From: Naegleria gruberi
Taxonomy: Eukaryota
DNA: 64,000 nucleotides
Direction: 5' to 3' (one strand)
NCBI GenBank assembly: GCA_000004985.1
Contig: GG738849.1
In this document: in pieces, positions 58,401 through 64,000 of the stretch
Layout of the letters: each line of letters begins with the position of its first letter
Position numbering within the stretch: position 1 is the stretch's first letter
Made by a program: the position numbers and the translations under genes
Notes under the pieces: model-generated
Databases searched by the model: none
What the model was told of the DNA's origin: nothing
Seen by the model: the letters and a program-made list of their open reading frames with translations, nothing else

Positions 58401-61400
58401 TACGCCAACAAACCTCACATTCTATCCTCACATGGATAGTATTTTGTATTTGGATACCAAATCTTCATTCATTTCTAGATTGGTCAGCTCGAACAGATAT
58501 ATTGGTGATAATACTCAAAGTCTTTCTACATGCATTTGCAAAGGTATTCAGAGTTTACATGCCTCTGAGAAATTGAACAAGTTGAGAAGTTTTACTCTAT
58601 TTTGGGTAAATGAAATTACGAAAATTTCTAATTGGACCAATAATCCATGCTGCCTCTTCCTTATGAATCAAATTTCCAAAGTAATAATCCACTTGAATAT
58701 GATTAATGTTACAGGTATTTCAAATATCATTTCAACTCTACCTGAAATGGATATGTTTGCTCTCCAATCTTCTGGAATATTTACCTCTTCATCCACTGTA
58801 ATTACCACTTCTGCATTCAATAAGGACATTAATCCTCAGATTCAATATCCATATTTTTCTTTTATTTATTTGATTGGATTGTCGTTATCAGAGTTTCACA
58901 AACGTCAACAAGTTGCCAATTCTCTTTTCGAAATGAGAAATACTTTCCCAACTGCTGTAAAATCCTTTGAGGCAGTTAAATTCTGTATTTATAGAGTATT
59001 GGCATATTGTGTCAAGTTGACAGAGCAGCTATTGGATACCAGTCAATCACCAACAGATGTCACTAATATTCATTCCATTCTTCCAATGTACTGGCAATTA
59101 TTTTTCCACTTGTACTTTGAAAAGCAATTCACTCCAATGAATACTGTAAGATTTTTCGGCTATCAATTTCTTGAAATACCAACAAAGGAAAAGATTTTCA
59201 CATCAGTTCTCGACAGGTTAGAATCTCTAAAGAAATTCTACACAGAGACACAAAACACTAGTTTTACAACACGAGGAGAGTTGATTGACTTGTACTATGC
59301 AATGATATTATGGCTTAAAGGCACCAAAGATAACTTTTTATACTTTATTGATCAAATATCATCAATTAGCAAGTTTCATCAACCTGCCAGAATTGTTAGT
59401 TCAATTAATGATGACATTGCAAGAGATACTACCAAGTTATGGCATGATTTGATTGATAATATTAACATACAGGAACTTATTAGTAGTGAAGAAAAGAATT
59501 ATATTTCCTCTATTTATCCAACTTTTACTAGCCAATCAAGCACTCTGTCAATCAAAAGCCGATCTTTAGTATTTAATAACCAAAAGATTGATATAATCTT
59601 TTTAAAGCAGAAGGAAAAGGAAATAATGAAGTATTTACCATCTGTTACCATAACTCAGGAACCATTCCCACGAGGATTTATTCTCAATTTGAGTGATTTG
59701 AATGCTATGAAAATTACACAATCCATTGATATTTACCTCAAAGAAAAAGAAATGCAAAGAAGAGCAGACGAGGAATATATTTCCCTCATACCTTATCTCT
59801 ATTTTGAGGTAAAGAAGCAAGCCTCTCTTTCAGTTCCATGCTATAAGGAATTTTTCTGTAAAAGACCAGCCAATATTTACTTCTCCTATTCAGAATCAGT
59901 TAAAAATAATAATAATGAAACTAGAATGAAGGAAAATAGATCATTGGTTATGCGAATTATGGATTCTAAATATGTTGATCATTCACTTTGCAATTTATTG
60001 TATGAATTGGATGTAACTCTAAGAAATGTCAACTCTCAAGGGTTGGGTAGCAAACTTTTCTATGGTCTTTTGCAAATTCACTTTGTTATGTGTGATAGGT
60101 TTGTTCCTTTCAGAAAGATTATGAATCACATCGTATCACAATTTGCTTCCACATTTATAATGAATCAACCAACTGAGATGGAGAGTCTATTGATGAGTAT
60201 GGTTCAAAGTAATGCCTTGATATCTTTACTTTCTCCATTTTTTAATCCTTTACTTTGTCCAGAGTCTTGGGAACGATTCCTTGAAATCATTTTGAACAAG
60301 AAGAAGGAAAACCCTTCAAGTATGTCCCTTCAGATTTACAAAAACTTTGACATCCAAAAGTGGTTGGCATCGTTTTATAATATTGAAAATATTAAATCAC
60401 TGATGGCTCACTCAGTGAGAAATCTCAGAAATTGCAAGATGAATGAGGTAATTGCATTCTATCTTACACTTATACCTGCTTGCATCAATAGTTACCCTTC
60501 TAACTTGTTGGCATTTACATTCTCTCACATGTATTCGTGCATGTTAGAGCTTCCATACCAATTATTAGAATCCTGCAATGACACTATGAGTTTTGAGAAT
60601 TTTGATGATTCATTACTCTGTGATTTTATAGAAATTACCAGAGAATTCTTATGGAACGTCAGAAAAAAGCACAACAACACTCTTTACAATGCTTTGCCAA
60701 AGGAATATTTGAAGGAGATTGTAAGGTTGTTGGAGAAATTTGTTTGTTTTTCTCATCTCAGCAATAGTTTCCTCCAAGAAGGCCAAGTTTTTGAAAAAGT
60801 TTGCAGAGGATATGAAGCATTCATATTGCCAGTTCCAGCCAAAACTAATCTCTCAACATCTGGAGATGTGACAATTCTTCCCTTCCTTGATAATCAAGCT
60901 TCTATGGCATCTTCAGTTCTGGCAAGTTTCGTCAGATGCAATAAGCGTCTCTTGGAATCTAACAAGGGTATTCTCAATCAAGTTTGGAACATTTATTCAC
61001 AACTTATTTTCAATAACATTCTTGATCCAGACTGTCTAAACATGTATCATCAGGAATTGATGTATCTGGATTGGTCAAATTGGACAACAATTAATTTTGA
61101 ACAAATTTCACAAATGTGTGCCATTTTAGAAGTCTCTCCACAGAGAACAACCAAGACAATTTTGTCTGGTCACAGAATATTCGTCAAGAATATTATCAAG
61201 GTCATGTCTTGGAAGATTATTACAGATAATATCGTATTGTGTCATTTGAGTAGTGAAGATATTAGTAAGGTCTATTCGGATATTATTTCCTTGATGGTCT
61301 CCTCTATTCTCAAGTCTACAACACCACAAGTGGATGAAAGTTTGGCTGAATGTGTTGAAAAACTTTTCAATTTTAATATTGAATGGAATAGAATTACTGT

Positions 61401-62820
61401 GGAACATTTTTCAAATATTTTGAAACTCTATAGCAAGCTTTTTATTGAGGTTAAGAACTTTTCATACAATATTCCAAAAAGAAACCTCGATCTCTGCTTT
61501 TCAATTCTTCAAAATGTTTGTCAACCAAGAGAGTCAACAGCCAGCAATAGCTACCCTTCAGCTAACCAATACGATGATTATCCAAATGTAAATCCAAACT
61601 ATCAATCCAATAAGCCACTCACTCTCTACTATATTGATTTTATTATTAGTACTCTGGTTTATAGTTTTTCCTCCAAGCAAACTAGTCCTTCAGTAGTGGA
61701 TAATTATCTAGCAGAGCAAATTACACAACCTTTCGATTGGATTATTGATACAATGGCTCATTATTATGATTACAACTCGTGCACAGAACATTTTGTTCAA
61801 TTGCTAACTTTTACAGATCGTAACTATGCAGAATTTGATACTATTTTCCAATTTATTATTGAAAAGGCATTCCAACACCCAAGCAAATTGTCTATTTGTT
61901 TGTTCTCAGCTGCTCAATCGGTTAAAAATTATTTGAAATCTACGATATTAATGGAATTTGCTCTTAGATCTCATATTAGTCAACCTAATGTTTCTTTCAA
62001 TTATTTAACATCTATTCTATGGTTGCCACCACATGAAGCTCAAAGAAGACAGTTTGCATCTGCATGTATTGAGAAAGGTTGCTCATTGTTGTACTTTGTT
62101 CAAACTCTCAAAAGAATACAAGAAGAGCATGACACTCCACTGGTAATATTTGAAAAGATAATTGAGGAATTTATATTTAATTCCAATGTATTCTGTCCAG
62201 ATCAAGTGAATATTGTCTCACAAATCAAATCCTCCAACATGCTTCGACCAGAGCAATATCTCATTCCAATATGGTCACTCTATGTGAATGTTTTAATAGA
62301 AACGAGACCTGCATCATTCTCCAGTGTCATACCAATAACACAGGGCTATTATTTGAATTTATTACTAGATAAGAACCATAACAAGCTCCCTCCTCAACAG
62401 TACTATCCTGGAGTGGATGGAATATTGTCCCTCTCTAATCTCTTACTCACCATCAGTGAGGACAGAACAGTGGAGAGTACATTCGGCAAGTTAGTTTCCT
62501 TTTTCTCTAAAAAGAGTGACTTTGAGGTTTATAGAAATGATTTCAAATTCTTTTCCAGAGTTTTGGGAGTGTACTTGTTGAAATTCACTGCTAAATATCA
62601 TGTGAACGATCAAAAAGCCATTCAGGAATATCAAAAGTTGAAATCTACACTTGACAAGTACTTTACCAAAACTAGTGACACAAAGGAAAGAAATGCATTG
62701 GAAGTTTTGAACAATTACCTTAATTTATATGGAGAAACCAATTACTTGTTCGGATTTGTTTCCTTGATGGTTGAGCTGATAGGTATTCTTTTTGAATCTT
62801 CTACCTTTCCTAAGTTTTAA
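55453..62820 (+). CDS. Very large uncharacterised protein (2455 aa, single uninterrupted ORF, predominantly alpha-helical Leu/Ile-rich)
   Basis: A 7.4-kb ORF with no stop cannot be chance at about 35% GC. I see no nucleotide-binding or other diagnostic motif. It is in the size class of large helical-solenoid trafficking, autophagy or ciliary scaffold proteins. Confidence 0.7.
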   Translation: MEGVREIEDDISSSSSSVAELVTDFQSIGKNLIQDHQQYDGTSDNFLMSYSLSFRNDNTTQDLEANLNPKRDENENNNNTKWTPTDRPIGAQIGYNLEDDEYLLVDVGDKGDLYTSQTFINSSVVTTPRHVAYPSVIPESSEVFFDIPHYSTDTVKLDLDILGSGSDIQISSVIDNSKEYKSIGSYLYPTNSTTPTVDLVPLLQSQIGLGYVNNLLLTEADVLDYLGKHTFSMDHEFYIMCYEYYQSFSELTRLRSEMDHLLTEQENIERNLFILNEQQIKSPMCDCGDGYQVHGYVKALTATLDHKQKSNLIKNQENLRNLYHDKIVEVNMLNRYFHLKVSRYIGDIIQNEPLFNNYLRYELYTLSVEDMMHKQNLRVEQDIAAVDRLKVVIQILLYFEQVSCEITTLHVPKGFSPVSVTISGENIENFRKEIRDWAYLSIASLLRVSTVEDNRFLIFEILKCKHIGSWGQTFLQFPGVDSDQAIDTFLAFLSLFLTPTFITENELVLSEEDYLSLWTQVPLFESMEYILSKCTEQFGLNQSNSTFSSFSQAFSLIDTVLYIFYQALSNFNKSSNHKSFTRMLSQNMARLVQMASNSLAQIEGTSQEDVEYLFNSFYVKCFKGLLSSSSSLWSFLSELPYEIISEPCACSIFWIMFRDEPVIDLKITYDILRDFDSWLKLVTEDKSLRNNFITLFQKPECSYLFPVMSRLGCSHSYGLAAIIVHELFLIGFINETSRDTYFRDATKNIVSICEIHPRLISLLLALVVKYLKFVGRYSLTMFKQLDLKTWKLSKTKDLPLLEELILKPLNSTEHELARFIIDHLAWNDSTKNKNLTLDVQKDILLLMARTVSTHKKDSQYSFVKKDPWIGLEEWCWSVAQRVKIYDSVQTPLIPIESIEHPSLNGLLHTIELSVKSGSIDGVSIYAVLALSDVGNNLEKYNEYSSGWFEAIVNNKTQERAIRLMYEISMRFCEQVKSQSSGVRTPTNLTFYPHMDSILYLDTKSSFISRLVSSNRYIGDNTQSLSTCICKGIQSLHASEKLNKLRSFTLFWVNEITKISNWTNNPCCLFLMNQISKVIIHLNMINVTGISNIISTLPEMDMFALQSSGIFTSSSTVITTSAFNKDINPQIQYPYFSFIYLIGLSLSEFHKRQQVANSLFEMRNTFPTAVKSFEAVKFCIYRVLAYCVKLTEQLLDTSQSPTDVTNIHSILPMYWQLFFHLYFEKQFTPMNTVRFFGYQFLEIPTKEKIFTSVLDRLESLKKFYTETQNTSFTTRGELIDLYYAMILWLKGTKDNFLYFIDQISSISKFHQPARIVSSINDDIARDTTKLWHDLIDNINIQELISSEEKNYISSIYPTFTSQSSTLSIKSRSLVFNNQKIDIIFLKQKEKEIMKYLPSVTITQEPFPRGFILNLSDLNAMKITQSIDIYLKEKEMQRRADEEYISLIPYLYFEVKKQASLSVPCYKEFFCKRPANIYFSYSESVKNNNNETRMKENRSLVMRIMDSKYVDHSLCNLLYELDVTLRNVNSQGLGSKLFYGLLQIHFVMCDRFVPFRKIMNHIVSQFASTFIMNQPTEMESLLMSMVQSNALISLLSPFFNPLLCPESWERFLEIILNKKKENPSSMSLQIYKNFDIQKWLASFYNIENIKSLMAHSVRNLRNCKMNEVIAFYLTLIPACINSYPSNLLAFTFSHMYSCMLELPYQLLESCNDTMSFENFDDSLLCDFIEITREFLWNVRKKHNNTLYNALPKEYLKEIVRLLEKFVCFSHLSNSFLQEGQVFEKVCRGYEAFILPVPAKTNLSTSGDVTILPFLDNQASMASSVLASFVRCNKRLLESNKGILNQVWNIYSQLIFNNILDPDCLNMYHQELMYLDWSNWTTINFEQISQMCAILEVSPQRTTKTILSGHRIFVKNIIKVMSWKIITDNIVLCHLSSEDISKVYSDIISLMVSSILKSTTPQVDESLAECVEKLFNFNIEWNRITVEHFSNILKLYSKLFIEVKNFSYNIPKRNLDLCFSILQNVCQPRESTASNSYPSANQYDDYPNVNPNYQSNKPLTLYYIDFIISTLVYSFSSKQTSPSVVDNYLAEQITQPFDWIIDTMAHYYDYNSCTEHFVQLLTFTDRNYAEFDTIFQFIIEKAFQHPSKLSICLFSAAQSVKNYLKSTILMEFALRSHISQPNVSFNYLTSILWLPPHEAQRRQFASACIEKGCSLLYFVQTLKRIQEEHDTPLVIFEKIIEEFIFNSNVFCPDQVNIVSQIKSSNMLRPEQYLIPIWSLYVNVLIETRPASFSSVIPITQGYYLNLLLDKNHNKLPPQQYYPGVDGILSLSNLLLTISEDRTVESTFGKLVSFFSKKSDFEVYRNDFKFFSRVLGVYLLKFTAKYHVNDQKAIQEYQKLKSTLDKYFTKTSDTKERNALEVLNNYLNLYGETNYLFGFVSLMVELIGILFESSTFPKF

Positions 62821-62853
62821 ATGGTTTACAAATATTCTGTGAAGATAAATGGT

Positions 62854-63990
62854 TTACAGAGCCAAATGAATAGTTTGAATAATGCCAGAGTTGATATCTG
62901 AGGTTACTTTTCTTGAGGCCATTTGCAAAATGTGAGCATTACCTGTACTTGTTAGGTTGTTTCTTTCAAGAGTAATAAAGTGAATAGCATCATAGTTTTC
63001 TGTTGAAATACCTTCTCCCAAGTATTCTGCTCCTTTATCAGTAATCATATTAGATTCCAAATCAATAAATCCCAATACTGCATTATCTTTCATCTTTTTC
63101 ATATACTCTGACAAAAATAATACACCAGCATCTGTAATGTCATTATTTCTAATGGAGAGTGAAGTCAGAGTATGGTTATTCTCATAGAGTGAATCTACTA
63201 CTTCCTTCAAACCTAAATCACCCACCTTGTTATAATTCAAAACTAGGCATGTAATGGATGTATTATACTCTAATAATTTGCGTAAATAAACACCAGATCT
63301 TGGAGTAAAGTGATTTCCTGATAAGTTCAAATGATAAATATTCGAAGGTTTTCTATTTCCTATCTTGTCCAATAGAATTGAATTGTCACTGAATAATAAT
63401 GATAAATCATCATCACCCAATGAACAATTTCTCAAATCTACACAAATTAAACTCTGTAATAAATTTTCAAACACACAATTCAATGAAACTAGGGAAGTGT
63501 TGGCATTGAATAAGTTAGAATGTGGATAAAAAGTGGAAATAACGCTTCTCATCTCTTCACAGTAATCAAAATCTCCAAGAACATTACCGCTAATAAGGAA
63601 ATGCGATATTGGTTTCTTTGTGAACTTTTCAAATGTCTCCATTGCCTTATCTTTCAATGAGCAATCACTAATTTCAAGCCACCACGATCCACAATTTAAA
63701 TCTTGATATTCACTTGTGTCTCTTGCATACAACTTAGTTGTCAAATCAACAATTGAATCGGAGAGCATATCAGGATTATTGCTCATATTCAATCTGGATA
63801 AGCTTGTATTTCTCTCAATGGATTTCATCAAGTGGCGAGCACTGAGATAGGTTATTCTATTGTTTGTCAAGTCCAAATTTATGAGAGTGTCATTGAATTC
63901 ACCAACATTTCTTTCCAATGTTGGTTCATTAGTATTCTTAAATATTTGATCAGTTGGTGAGAAGGCGTTTGCAAATGCCAAAGCTCCCAA
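62854..63990 (-). CDS. Ribonuclease-inhibitor-type leucine-rich-repeat protein (378-aa ORF; the true N-terminus may lie beyond the window edge)
   Basis: The protein has repeated RNI-like LRR units of 28-29 residues, for example LTSLSIRNNDITDAGVLFLSEYM and GFIDLESNMITDKGAEYLGEGI. The ORF start is only 10 nt from the window end. Confidence 0.55.
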   Translation of the reverse strand: MGALAFANAFSPTDQIFKNTNEPTLERNVGEFNDTLINLDLTNNRITYLSARHLMKSIERNTSLSRLNMSNNPDMLSDSIVDLTTKLYARDTSEYQDLNCGSWWLEISDCSLKDKAMETFEKFTKKPISHFLISGNVLGDFDYCEEMRSVISTFYPHSNLFNANTSLVSLNCVFENLLQSLICVDLRNCSLGDDDLSLLFSDNSILLDKIGNRKPSNIYHLNLSGNHFTPRSGVYLRKLLEYNTSITCLVLNYNKVGDLGLKEVVDSLYENNHTLTSLSIRNNDITDAGVLFLSEYMKKMKDNAVLGFIDLESNMITDKGAEYLGEGISTENYDAIHFITLERNNLTSTGNAHILQMASRKVTSDINSGIIQTIHLAL

Positions 63991-64000
63991 ATCACCAATG

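Noticed and set aside
226-63990. Numerous 60-120-aa ORFs from the track lying antisense to or inside the long genes (for example 2245..2547 -, 4053..4307 +, 10253..10615 -, 15476..15721 -, 43404..43607 -, 57672..57914 -)
   Set aside because: They lie opposite or within strongly supported, homology-validated CDSs. They have low-complexity or odd composition and often non-ATG starts. They are treated as chance ORFs.
1-64000. CRISPR arrays, rRNA genes, large tandem repeats or prophage-like structure
   Set aside because: None seen. The only repeats are coding low-complexity tracts (poly-Q, acidic, S/T-rich) and the 20-bp inverted repeat pair in the Rho intron. The window is eukaryotic nuclear DNA.

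Overview
This 64-kb window is an AT-rich, very gene-dense stretch of nuclear DNA from a eukaryote. I support about 33 protein-coding genes on both strands and one tRNA-Glu(UUC).

The genetic code is standard. Introns are few and unusually short (38-64 nt; two longer at 97 and 172 nt). Donors are GTATGT, GTAAGT or close variants, acceptors are YAG, and a CTAAY branch-like motif often sits 8-20 nt before the AG.

Convergent neighbours end only 5-40 nt apart, and one pair of stop codons overlaps by 11 nt. Tandem neighbours are separated by as little as about 60-190 nt.

The flagellar central-pair protein SPAG6/PF16 and a BBS-type chaperonin-like protein show the organism is flagellated. The genes are otherwise housekeeping in character. 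The gene content is compatible with a free-living or zoosporic flagellated microbial eukaryote, such as a heterolobosean or an early-diverging zoosporic fungal-type lineage. I cannot name the organism from sequence alone.

Genes I can name:
- phosphoglucomutase
- SPAG6
- a dynamin-related GTPase (5 exons)
- an Fcf2-domain protein
- CCT-alpha
- Trm11
- an Mcm10-like protein
- two F-box/LRR proteins
- a receptor-type class-III cyclase-like membrane protein
- a Rho GTPase with a CAAX box
- a Kelch propeller protein
- oligoribonuclease
- a SHAQKYF-type Myb protein
- a Pcf11-like CID protein
- guanylate kinase
- HDDC2
- a glutaminase with an N-terminal EF-hand exon
- a BRCT-repeat protein
- a two-box HMGB protein
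- an MT-A70 methyltransferase fused to ZZ zinc fingers
- DHX8/Prp22
- PARN
- NOL10
- a MAP2K-like kinase
- a 2455-aa protein I cannot identify

The findings worth a second look are listed in the findings array.

The ORF track uses non-ATG starts (TTG/GTG) in several places. I moved those starts to the first plausible ATG. All splice junctions are inferred from frame continuity and protein homology alone.
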